Positions 1-8,645 of a DNA stretch of 64,000 nucleotides are shown piece after piece (the stretch's first letter is position 1; each line of letters opens with the position of its first letter). Below the pieces are notes generated by a model. The model had not been told where the DNA came from, made no database searches, and saw nothing but the letters and a program-made list of their open reading frames with translations. The position numbers were made by a program, and so were the translations under genes. Source of the stretch: a virus; the IMG/VR virus record IMGVR_UViG_3300025005_000002, positions 64,001 through 128,000 of that record; one strand, written 5' to 3'.

Positions 1-29
1 TAAATAAGATAAAGAAGCTGGAACGGTTA

Positions 30-578
30 ATGCGTGATAAAGAAGAGCACGTTGTTGCGGCCCAAATTGATTTGGTAAATTATATTAGAGATCTTGAGGA
101 AACAAGGACTGAATACCAGGTAGCCCGTATTGATACACCAGAGTTTGCGGAAATTAAAGGTATAGAATTTGATAGATTAATGACCCATCCAGACATAGAA
201 GGTTTATTAATAGATGAAAATTATATTACTATATTTACTGGGCCAATTTATATTGAATATCACAATAAAGTGTATGATATTGGTAAATTTAAAATTGTTT
301 TATCAATTAATCCGAGGAATTTTATTGTAAAAATGCAAAATTTGACCAGGTCATTAAATGGTACAGCTCATCCACATGTGTATGAAAATGGAGATCCATG
401 TCTTGGTAATATCCAAGAATGTTTACCTCAAATGATTGCAGGGTATCAATATGCAGCAGCGATTTCAGTGTGTATCCAATATTTGAAATCAGTTAATGAG
501 GATGGTGGACATCGTTCAAAGATCACAAATTGGCCTTTAAAAAAGGCTAAGAAAGAAGAGGAAAATGACAAAAAGTAG
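30..578 (+). CDS. Prokaryotic E2 (ubiquitin-conjugating-like) domain protein; probably 5'-truncated by the window edge
   Basis: HPHV-x5-CLGN motif typical of prokaryotic E2 families, with putative catalytic Cys. The frame is open from position 3. First gene of an E2-JAB-E1-Ubl run. Confidence 0.7.
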   Translation: MRDKEEHVVAAQIDLVNYIRDLEETRTEYQVARIDTPEFAEIKGIEFDRLMTHPDIEGLLIDENYITIFTGPIYIEYHNKVYDIGKFKIVLSINPRNFIVKMQNLTRSLNGTAHPHVYENGDPCLGNIQECLPQMIAGYQYAAAISVCIQYLKSVNEDGGHRSKITNWPLKKAKKEEENDKK

Positions 579-1308
579 ATATTATGATGGGTATTTAAAT
601 GGAGATTATGGGGGTGGTTGGGATGGTATGTATGTACACACACCTGCTCCGGCCAGGCCCTTGGTACCACACGTAGCAGAAACAAAAGTGGAACGTCTGG
701 GTGCAAATGAAATCCCAAATATCCTTATTTCTATAGAGGCCCTTCGTGATATGAATTATATCATGCAGGAGAGTGGTACTGAAGAAATATCATGGCTTGG
801 GTCTGTGAAAGAGACTGAGAATGGTGGGTATTTAATCGAGAAAGTATTTTTATTTAAGCAATCAGTAAGTTATGAACATACCGAAATTGATCAGAACAGT
901 GTCAGCCAATTTTATATTGACATGCTCAAGGCCAACCCAAACAACAAGGCTATGTTGAATCGTATTCTCTTCTGGGGACATGTTCATCCTGGTAGTTGGG
1001 TTGGACCATCTGCACAGGATGAGAATCAGATGGATCTGTTTGCGCACAATAAATATTTTATCCGTGGGATATTTTCCAGAGAAGGGCACTGTTCTTTCAC
1101 GTTCTTCGATTACGAACGTAAGTTGAAGATTGTTGATTGCCCATGGCAAATCGATGTTAAGGTTGGCCATGATGAAAACCGCAGGAAAGAAATCGCCAAA
1201 GAGATTAAAAAGAAGGTAACTCATGGAGGAGGGTATATATGGCAAGGGACAAAGGGGGAAGGCTGGTGGAAGGAAAAGGACAAGAGCCTGATTTCTGGCG
1301 ACAGTTAG
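565..1308 (+). CDS. JAB/MPN+ metalloprotease (deubiquitinase-like)
   Basis: N-terminal Glu (EEISWLG) plus WGHVHPG-x4-PSAQD, matching the JAMM HxH-x7-S-x2-D motif; overlaps the E2 stop. Confidence 0.85.
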   Translation: MTKSRYYDGYLNGDYGGGWDGMYVHTPAPARPLVPHVAETKVERLGANEIPNILISIEALRDMNYIMQESGTEEISWLGSVKETENGGYLIEKVFLFKQSVSYEHTEIDQNSVSQFYIDMLKANPNNKAMLNRILFWGHVHPGSWVGPSAQDENQMDLFAHNKYFIRGIFSREGHCSFTFFDYERKLKIVDCPWQIDVKVGHDENRRKEIAKEIKKKVTHGGGYIWQGTKGEGWWKEKDKSLISGDS

Positions 1309-1940
1309 ATATCTTTTCGCCAACGAAGTTTAAGACGCCAGTTACTGTAATTGGCGCGGGTGCTACGGGCTCATACATCACTATGCTCCTTGCCAAAATG
1401 GGATGTAAGGATATTACAGTGTATGATGATGATGGAGTAGAGAATTACAATCTACCGAATCAAATATTTAGGATTAAGGATATTGGGGCCAAAAAAGTCC
1501 ATGCTATAGCTGAAATGGTGTTGGATGCAACCGGTGTTAAGATCAAAGCAATCCCCAAAAAATTCACTGGAGGACCGTTAAAGGGAATCGTTTTTGTTCT
1601 TACTGATACTATGAAAAGTCGGAAACAGATATGGGATAAGTCAGTGAAATATCAACTAGCCGTTGATCTATTAATTGAAACCAGGATGGAGGCTGAGGGA
1701 GGGAGGATATACGTAGTTAAGCCAACAATTCCTGCGCAAGTGGAGGCGTATGAAAAAACACTCTATTCAGACGAGGAGGCTGAAGAATCTGTGTGTACAC
1801 GTCGCGCTATTGCTCCTACAGTAGACACAATCGCTGGGATGGCAGTATTCTCTATGCTCAATTTCGTTAACAACAAACCATTTCCAAATGAAATAATTTT
1901 GTCGTTGTCTCCGATGTTAATCATCAATAAAAAATTCTAA
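1239..1940 (+). CDS. ThiF/E1-like Ubl-activating enzyme
   Basis: VIGAGATGS nucleotide-binding loop, YDDDGVENYNLPNQ motif, candidate catalytic Cys in ESVCT, no CxxC Zn pairs. An alternative GTG start lies at 1266. Confidence 0.9.
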   Translation: MARDKGGRLVEGKGQEPDFWRQLDIFSPTKFKTPVTVIGAGATGSYITMLLAKMGCKDITVYDDDGVENYNLPNQIFRIKDIGAKKVHAIAEMVLDATGVKIKAIPKKFTGGPLKGIVFVLTDTMKSRKQIWDKSVKYQLAVDLLIETRMEAEGGRIYVVKPTIPAQVEAYEKTLYSDEEAEESVCTRRAIAPTVDTIAGMAVFSMLNFVNNKPFPNEIILSLSPMLIINKKF

Positions 1941-1954
1941 GGAGGATTAGAACA

Positions 1955-2185
1955 ATGACTGAGTCTAACAAGGGTGAGAATATTATTACCATCGGCAAGA
2001 TCCCAGGTCAGCTGCATGAACTGGCAATTGATGGGAAGAAGAAGATCTGCGAGTTATTTGGTCTGATTGGGATTAAGGATTTGGGTAGCTGCGAGATCCA
2101 GAAGAACGGGAACAGCGCCGAAGTTAACGAATACGTCGAGGCCGGGGATACGGTTTTGGCGGTGGCCAAGATTCGTGGAAACTAA
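1955..2185 (+). CDS. Ubiquitin-like (beta-grasp) protein, C-terminus KIRGN
   Basis: 76 aa, strong RBS (aggagg), ThiS/MoaD-like ending GDTVLAVAKIRG-N, directly after E1. Confidence 0.7.
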   Translation: MTESNKGENIITIGKIPGQLHELAIDGKKKICELFGLIGIKDLGSCEIQKNGNSAEVNEYVEAGDTVLAVAKIRGN

Positions 2186-2217
2186 AACTGCGACGCACCC
2201 TACTAAGAGAGATAAAT

Positions 2218-2909
2218 ATGGGGTATATATAGAACTTGCTAACAATGTAGTAGAAGATTGGATAGCAAGAAAATATATCCCAACCATAAAAGAATTTGCG
2301 CCATATACAAGTAGGGATATTAAAAATATGCTGTCTGTAATTGCTTTCAGGTCTATATATGTTAAAAATATTTCGTGGGCGATTATAACCTGCGAAATAA
2401 TCCAGGATTTTGTATATGTGTGCAGAAAGCTTGGGGTAACCACATTGGTTGATGCTGGATGTGGGCATGGTGTATTGGCCCACGCATTGCGAGAAAAAGG
2501 TCTCGCGGTTGACGCTATAAACGCGGACAAAGATAAGTATCATGAAATCTACCGGTCATGGGGTAATGTTATAAGGGGGGATGCTGTTAAATTTATTGAA
2601 GAAAACGTCAATAAATTTGATGGTGTAATTTTATCATGGCCCCCATATGATGAATCTTTTGCGACAGAGGTAGTAAATGTAATGCGTACTGGTCAGTTAT
2701 TGTTTTATTGTGGTGAAGGAAGAGGTGGGTGTACTGGGGACAAATATTTTCATGGTGCTCTTGATGATTGGTATGATTGGGGCGATGATAAGGTGGAGCC
2801 TCCTCCAATAACATTTGCTTTCTTAAAAGAAGAGTCTGAGCGTATAAATAAGCATTTCTTACAATTTCTTAATATACATGATCGTTGGAGGGTTTATATT
2901 AAGAAATAA
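2218..2909 (+). CDS. Class I SAM-dependent methyltransferase (apparent 1-nt frameshift just after the start)
   Basis: LVDAGCGHG motif I and ILSWPPY motif. The RBS-preceded ATG at 2218 is out of frame with the body by one G in the G-run 2220-2223; the next in-frame ATG is at 2328. Confidence 0.7.
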
Positions 2910-2919
2910 GGAGGAGATA

Positions 2920-2997
2920 ATGAGTGAATTGTTTTGGTATGACTTGACCTTTGTAGCAGTCATGTTGTTGGTTAATATCGGTTTATCGTACTTCTAA
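2920..2997 (+). CDS. 25-aa hydrophobic small peptide (MSELFWYDLTFVAVMLLVNIGLSYF)
   Basis: Strong aggaggag RBS before ATG 2920, TAA at 2995-2997, single TM-like stretch; below the ORF-track cutoff. Confidence 0.5.
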   Translation: MSELFWYDLTFVAVMLLVNIGLSYF

Positions 2998-3005
2998 TTT
3001 TAACC

Positions 3006-3165
3006 CCAGTCCAAGCGCCTCCTTTCGAAGTAGGTAGCAGACGGCCTATGAGCGACCCTCCGTGGCTTGGACTGGGTGCCGTGCAATTATGGGCGGCATG
3101 CTTGTGGTGCACGGAAAGGGCGTAGTCGAAGGAGGGGTGGTGGGGTTGCCATCCCCCACCCCTCC
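3006..3165 (+). ncRNA. Candidate structured RNA (three GC-rich stems), family unknown
   Basis: ccagtccaagc (3006-3016)/gcttggactgg (3065-3075); ccgtgca/tgcacgg (3079-3114); ggaggggtgg/ccacccctcc hairpin (3131-3165). GC-rich intergenic island in AT-rich DNA. Confidence 0.35.
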
Positions 3166-3183
3166 CGGTTAAATTGAAAGGAG

Positions 3184-3897
3184 ATGATAATGGCACTAGT
3201 ACTTGGGGATGTTCATGGTAGGTATGATAAGGCCAAAGCCTTTTTAGAATATAAACCAGAGATTTTACACGTTTTTGCTGGTGATTATGTCGATTCCTTT
3301 AATCAGCCCGATGCAATTATTTACGGAACATTAAAGTTGGTAATTGAGTCAGACGCAAAGTTATTGCTTGGTAATCACGATATTCATTATCTGGATGGAT
3401 CGCCATTTAGATGTTCAGGATATAGACAACACACGGCCAAATCACTTAATCAGATTTTTGAATCGTTCATCGAACGATTTGTGCCAGCTTTTGTAGAGGA
3501 TGGGTTTGTTATTATCCATGGTGGGATTTCTAATGGGTTGGGGAATAGCCTATTTAAAACAACAAACGTTACCAATATTTTAGATATAATCAATTCTGAA
3601 TGGGATTTTTTTTTAAAGAATAGAAGACACCATTACCCACAACAGAGTAGAATATTTTATATACCAAAATCTCGTGGTGGTTCTAATGGATATGGGGGGA
3701 TATTTTGGGCAGATTATCGAGATGAAGAATTTTATGGTGTCCCACAGGTATTTGGTCATTCTAAAACATCTAACGGAGTAACCCAAGTATTGTCAAACCA
3801 TTGGGCTCTTGGATGTGATGACGAGAAGTTTGAATGTTTTAATACGGCCACAAAAGAGGTGGAATATTTTGGACCCACCATTCAAGATGCAGCCTAA
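3184..3897 (+). CDS. Calcineurin-like metallophosphoesterase
   Basis: GDVHG, GDYVD, LGNHD, HGG and FGHS motifs. Confidence 0.9.
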   Translation: MIMALVLGDVHGRYDKAKAFLEYKPEILHVFAGDYVDSFNQPDAIIYGTLKLVIESDAKLLLGNHDIHYLDGSPFRCSGYRQHTAKSLNQIFESFIERFVPAFVEDGFVIIHGGISNGLGNSLFKTTNVTNILDIINSEWDFFLKNRRHHYPQQSRIFYIPKSRGGSNGYGGIFWADYRDEEFYGVPQVFGHSKTSNGVTQVLSNHWALGCDDEKFECFNTATKEVEYFGPTIQDAA

Positions 3898-4550
3898 GTA
3901 TAAGTTATATTTAACTAATGCGCAATTCAGTAAGTTTCAAACCAATAGAAACCAGTGTATTTATGGAACAGTATTAAGAGACGAAACAGAAACATATTAT
4001 ACTGGGATGCATATTATTACGTGCCCAATTATTAAAAAATGTGATAAACACATTTATGAAAGTAATACGATGGTATATATAATAGTAGATAAATCACTCT
4101 AGGGGGGTATGTGATGGAATTTGTGTGGGAGGAAGTGTTGAATGAGATTTTATATTTGCCAGAATCTACACGATTTATGGAAATGCATGAGTTTCTGCAT
4201 CGATGGATGGAAGGTGCAGCTACCAAGATGTACGAAGAAGGATTAGGTATGAAAAAAGTACTTGATCTGCCAATTACCCAAAACGAAATTGATAATATCT
4301 TTGAAAATAGCGGATATATAATATGTAAAATATGCCGCAAGATAACAGAGGACGACCATAAATGCCAAATTTGAACCCCACGGAGATGTGGCAGGTAGCC
4401 ATAGAGGTTGATACTGAGGGTACAATGGAGGATGAGGCCGCACTATTAATATTCCATATAGAAGAGATGTTGTTAAAACAAAAAATAATTACACAAAGTT
4501 TTAAAATCACCAGGGTATCTGTGGTAGATATTAATAGAATAGGGGGATAA
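3887..4550 (+). other. Three small coupled hypothetical ORFs (3887-4102, 4111-4374, 4362-4550)
   Basis: Overlapping or adjacent + strand ORFs with RBS-like purine tracts; no recognised motifs. Confidence 0.55.
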
Positions 4551-4568
4551 TATAACAAAGGAGGTAGC

Positions 4569-5063
4569 ATGTCTACCAGACCAATTCTAAGATCAGTTAT
4601 ATTATTAATTAGTACTGTATGTCTTAGTTGGTCTATCTATGGATTTATGACCTCAATCCCACAACCAGTGACACGAGTAGCAGCGATTAATAGAGCGCAA
4701 CTTGCTTTATATAAGGTCAAAGCGCCACCAGGTAAAATAAATGACCTAAGTAAAGCAGTGACAAACGCATCAGCCATGACTGATCTTTCTCCGGAATTAA
4801 TTGTGGCATTAATGAAAACAGAATCCGAATTTAATTATAAAGCAGTATCGAATAAGGGATATAAGGGATTAATGCAAACACCATGGGCTACGTTTAAGTG
4901 GGCTAGTGTGGACACATTGCATGGTGCTGAGATTTTGCGTGAGAAGTTGCGGTATAGTAGAGGCGATTTAAAGCTTGCACTTGCCTTATATAAAGGCGGG
5001 AATAACGAAGCAGCAAGAGCATATGCAACAGAAACTTTTGCTTTGTATAAGAGGTTACTTTGA
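4569..5063 (+). CDS. Lytic transglycosylase (SLT domain) with N-terminal membrane anchor
   Basis: Catalytic Glu in ALMKTESEF, KGLMQ motif, ALALYKGG (AYNAG-like); hydrophobic N-terminus; ggagg RBS. Confidence 0.85.
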   Translation: MSTRPILRSVILLISTVCLSWSIYGFMTSIPQPVTRVAAINRAQLALYKVKAPPGKINDLSKAVTNASAMTDLSPELIVALMKTESEFNYKAVSNKGYKGLMQTPWATFKWASVDTLHGAEILREKLRYSRGDLKLALALYKGGNNEAARAYATETFALYKRLL

Positions 5064-5234
5064 CAAGGAGGATGAGGTAAATGAATACCCCTAAACCGTG
5101 TGACACATGCAGAAATTTGTATGTAGATGTAATGGCGGAGGATGATCCCAGTTACGAAGCGGAATGCAAATTGGATATCCCGTTGGGGTACATGAATTGT
5201 CCAAAATATTATAAAGATAAGAGAGAGGGATCAA

Positions 5235-5453
5235 ATGAAGTCAATTAGCGGGGAAGATATACAGATACAAGCTCATAATGTGTGGACCAAAATACAGAAG
5301 GTTGGATTTTGGTGGTTGATTGTCTTTATGCTTGGTGCTGCTAGTGGATTCAAAATTGCAGAGCATCTATATTCAACAAAATTCGATGATGCTATTAAGT
5401 TAGGAGGTGTTATTCATAAGACATTCGTATATGACATAAAATTGCGTCCATAA
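5235..5453 (+). CDS. Small single-pass membrane protein
   Basis: Hydrophobic FWWLIVFMLGAASGF segment; gaggga RBS. Confidence 0.55.
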   Translation: MKSISGEDIQIQAHNVWTKIQKVGFWWLIVFMLGAASGFKIAEHLYSTKFDDAIKLGGVIHKTFVYDIKLRP

Positions 5454-5678
5454 TGTTGTAATTGTGGCAACCCTCAACAATAAATGGAGGACAGCGCACA
5501 TGGCCAAAACCGTTTTAGAATTTGCATTTAGGGATATGATTGGTAAGGAACGATCCAAGAATATCAGAAAATGGCCAGAAGGGGATGTGCGTAGGACGAT
5601 TACGGTTGCACTGTGGAACATCAAAGAAGCAAGGAAAAAACAGTTCATGATTAAAAATAGTGAGGAGGTAATGCGGTA

Positions 5679-6587
5679 ATGGCAGCCAAAGAAATCATAC
5701 CTTTGTATGATCTGATGGTTCAGTTATTTGTGGTTTCTATGCCACAATGTAAAATACCAGTCCAGTTGTTGGGGCACATAATGAATATACCACCCGGTAC
5801 TATGGTTAAGGTGGTAAATGGTTGTCCATTTCCAAGCGGGGCAAAATTAACCCGTGGTGGGCATCGTGGGTTAGAAGTATTCATAACACAACCTTTATTT
5901 GTCTCACGAGTTGATCGTGCAGCGGCAGTACAAATAGTAAAAGATAAGCCTGAATGGGGGCCATACGGGGTCGTGCTACCTGTTTTGGCTGATGATATCA
6001 TAGCCCAGGTTGAGAAGGTGATTGAAAATATTATGAAATTGAAGGGTGGGAATATTAAGAAGGCAGCCATTATTAAGAATGGTTGTCCCGAGGTATATAG
6101 ATTATCATGGTTTGTTAAAGACCCGATCCAAGGTGAATTTTACAAAACGGTACAGGAAGCAATGGGGAAAGTCCCCAGCAAAAAAGACAAATTTCCAGTG
6201 GTCGTACCAGTACCAATGTTACAAATGCCGAAACTGGCTCCAAGTACCCCGGAACAAATGGCTACATACAGGGCGAAGCATCATGTGTCACCGCTTGACA
6301 ACTACAGTCTCATCAACTTTGTCACTGATATCCAAGGACTAATCACCTCTAAGGACGAATATATCGCGGTGATTAAGCGGATGGAAAACAAGATTAATCG
6401 TGAGTATCCTGCCTTGATTGCATTAAAGGAAGCTGAGAAAGTTGCTGCAGAAAAGAATGCCGGAAAATTGAAGGATCGGGTTGTTGTATTAGAACACACG
6501 AATAGTCAGTTGCACGAAGAGATCAAGAATTTGAAAAAGCATCCTAAGTTTGCTGGGTTTGTCAGGATAAGTGAGATAAAGAAATAA
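5679..6587 (+). CDS. Hypothetical protein with C-terminal coiled coil
   Basis: 302-aa ORF coupled by TAATG overlap to 5464-5679; heptad-like C-terminus. Confidence 0.7.
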   Translation: MAAKEIIPLYDLMVQLFVVSMPQCKIPVQLLGHIMNIPPGTMVKVVNGCPFPSGAKLTRGGHRGLEVFITQPLFVSRVDRAAAVQIVKDKPEWGPYGVVLPVLADDIIAQVEKVIENIMKLKGGNIKKAAIIKNGCPEVYRLSWFVKDPIQGEFYKTVQEAMGKVPSKKDKFPVVVPVPMLQMPKLAPSTPEQMATYRAKHHVSPLDNYSLINFVTDIQGLITSKDEYIAVIKRMENKINREYPALIALKEAEKVAAEKNAGKLKDRVVVLEHTNSQLHEEIKNLKKHPKFAGFVRISEIKK

Positions 6588-6681
6588 GGTGGATGACTAT
6601 GAGCTTGTGCTTCGGTTGTTAATTGGGGTACCATGTGCTATATATCTTTTCAAGAAAATATTTCTCTAGTGAGGAGAAAGT

Positions 6682-7062
6682 ATGATTCCCATACCGCCTG
6701 TACAATACCTGCGTGACCAGTTTAATATTATTGATGTAACGATTACAGGAATGAAACTGGACGATGGGCGAGTAGCGTTTGGATTCGCCTATCGGTCGCC
6801 CAAGGATCCCCCTGACAAGGCAATTGGTGGGTATCTATCTATTAAGAGAGCAATTGGGATGGTTCATGCCGCCCAGAATGGCGTATCACACACGTTGGCT
6901 AGGATAGATTCAACTCCGAAAAGAGGTGATGTGCTGAAATCGTTTCTTGGTCCAAAAGACAAGCTCGTTGACGTTTTATGGAGTATGAATAATGAGTATC
7001 AACAGGCTCTCTCTGCGAGGGTTGGAAAAATACTTATTGGGATGGAAAGACAGAAGAAATGA
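6682..7062 (+). CDS. Hypothetical protein
   Basis: 126-aa ORF with gaggag RBS. Confidence 0.65.
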   Translation: MIPIPPVQYLRDQFNIIDVTITGMKLDDGRVAFGFAYRSPKDPPDKAIGGYLSIKRAIGMVHAAQNGVSHTLARIDSTPKRGDVLKSFLGPKDKLVDVLWSMNNEYQQALSARVGKILIGMERQKK

Positions 7063-7087
7063 TCAACAGATGTCAAGGAGGAGTAAG

Positions 7088-7261
7088 ATGCCTGACGATA
7101 TGGGATTTTTGGAAAAAAAGATTCTAGATCGTTTACAAAAAAATACGCCCAAAGAATATTGTCATAATTGTGGGTGTGATAACTGTATCAAAAGACGGAT
7201 TGAATTTGATGAACAACATAATAAAATGACAATGGCCGCAGTAATATCGGCAGCATTATGA
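7088..7261 (+). CDS. Small Cys-rich protein (CHNCGCDNC)
   Basis: aggaggag RBS before ATG 7088, within track ORF 6992-7261. Confidence 0.55.
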   Translation: MPDDMGFLEKKILDRLQKNTPKEYCHNCGCDNCIKRRIEFDEQHNKMTMAAVISAAL

Positions 7262-7480
7262 CCAAGTCAAAAGGGGTACACAAATCACCTGCCAAGTTGT
7301 TGGAGGAAAAGAAGAAACTTGTGCAAGAGACCCTCATTGGGTTAAAATCTAGTGCAGAGGCTATTGGCGCAACAAATGTAAGTGCCAAGTTTAAGGATGG
7401 AGCGATTTGGGTTGAGTTTGACCTATCAAAGGCAATTTCTGGTAGGAAAGAAGTTGGCCAGAAGGCCAAGGGAGGTCGGC

Positions 7481-8293
7481 ATGGCGAAGGTTGTAGTGTG
7501 GACGTGGCTCGAAACCCTGACCAAGGCACTGCAGAAAATCGGCGCAAGACTCAAGGTGGTGAACAGAAGGGGAAGCCGAAACCTCTTGCGGTTCAACGTG
7601 GGGACCGATCGGCAGGGGGAGTTTTTCACGCTCTCGGTAAACGAAGAGTCCGAGGATGCGGATGTGCGGATTGTCGGGGTGAATCCGGATCTCGCGCAAG
7701 CGCTGATCCTAGTGGTGACCAAGGATGAAAAGGGAAAGGAGCAAAAGGAGAAACTCCTTCTGGGTCACGACGAGCGCCATTGGTTCGTGGCGGGTGTGCC
7801 CGAAAAAGCGCGTAACATCAAGGATGCATTCAAGCTCCTAAAGCCTGAGGCTGCGCGGCTTTCTCAGGAGAGGGCCGGGGTTGGTGGTAAGGCTCTGGAC
7901 AAGCGGAGGAACAAGGGATTCATCCGTCAGGGTGAGTGGTTCTTCGTGCCGGTGCAGTTCGAGCCAGACAAGACCCAGCACATTTATAAGAACGAACCCA
8001 TTCAGAGGAGCGCTGGGTCCACTCCGCATATCGTGGAGAAGCTGGTACGAATGGGCGGTCAGCAGGTGTATTTATTGCGTGGCAAGATCTATACTCAGGG
8101 TCAGCGTGATGCGTACGTTACCCTCAACGGCAATACCAATTTTCAGGTCAGGACCCAGAATGCGCAAGTCTTCGTGACCGGGAGGGTGTCCCACAAGGAC
8201 CACAAGACCATTCATCTGCAGGGCTGGCATGAAGTGCACCTGTCCCGTGAATCCGGGAATATGGGACGCAGTGCCCAGGGTTTCCTGGATTAA
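7481..8293 (+). CDS. Conserved hypothetical protein with RQGEWFFVP motif; GC-rich gene
   Basis: ggagg RBS before ATG 7481; GHDERHWFVA and FIRQGEWFFVPV motifs; visibly higher GC and G/C-ending codons than the flanks. Confidence 0.8.
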   Translation: MAKVVVWTWLETLTKALQKIGARLKVVNRRGSRNLLRFNVGTDRQGEFFTLSVNEESEDADVRIVGVNPDLAQALILVVTKDEKGKEQKEKLLLGHDERHWFVAGVPEKARNIKDAFKLLKPEAARLSQERAGVGGKALDKRRNKGFIRQGEWFFVPVQFEPDKTQHIYKNEPIQRSAGSTPHIVEKLVRMGGQQVYLLRGKIYTQGQRDAYVTLNGNTNFQVRTQNAQVFVTGRVSHKDHKTIHLQGWHEVHLSRESGNMGRSAQGFLD

Positions 8294-8302
8294 CTATTAA
8301 TA

Positions 8303-8380
8303 GCCTCCATAGCTCAATTGGGTAGAGCATTCGCCTTATAAGCGAAAGGTTGGTTGGTTCAATTCCACCTGGAGGCACCA
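8303..8380 (+). tRNA. tRNA-Ile(UAU)
   Basis: Acceptor gcctcca/tggaggc, D arm agctcaattgggtagagc, anticodon arm ttcgc-cttataa-gcgaa, TTCAA T-loop (one bulge in the T stem), encoded CCA. Confidence 0.9.
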
Positions 8381-8381
8381 A

Positions 8382-8461
8382 TATCGCTGGGAGATGCTCT
8401 ATCCTAATTGTGGGGTTGATAGTATCTCCTCTGCTACCATGGGTAACATCTCCCAGCGATA
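8382..8461. repeat. Perfect 15-bp inverted repeat enclosing 50 nt, immediately 3' of tRNA-Ile
   Basis: tatcgctgggagatg (8382-8396) is the exact reverse complement of catctcccagcgata (8447-8461). Confidence 0.85.
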
Positions 8462-8645
8462 CCAAAAGAAAGGAGTATCAGAAGATAAATGCTACAAATG
8501 TGGTGTAACAGATTGGATGGGAGAGCCATTAAGCAAACATCTTCATCATAAAGATGGTAATAATGAAAATAACGTAAGAGAGAATCTAGAAAATCATTGT
8601 CTAAAAACATATGCCAAGATAAAGGGGGAGTGGCGGAATTCGTAG
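8394..8645 (+). pseudogene. HNH homing endonuclease remnant between the two tRNAs
   Basis: CYKCG..WMGEPL..HLHHKDGNNENNVRENL resembles the HNH core, but the terminal CxxCH is missing and the ORF runs into tRNA-Leu. Confidence 0.6.

Noticed and set aside
2067-2217. N-terminal extension of the methyltransferase given by the ORF track
   Set aside because: It overlaps the Ubl gene in another frame and has shadow-like composition; a better RBS-ATG lies at 2218.
3006-3075. HDV-like, twister, SRP or c-di-GMP-I RNA
   Set aside because: Partial word matches (GCCTCC, AGGTAGC, GGTAGCAG) exist, but no P1 partner, catalytic core or required helices could be placed. Kept only as an unassigned structured RNA.
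7484-7728. C-terminal half of ORF 7258 as a genuine overlapping gene
   Set aside because: It is the alternative frame of the GC-rich 7481 gene (Gly/Arg-rich, low complexity) and is better explained as run-on after an insertion.
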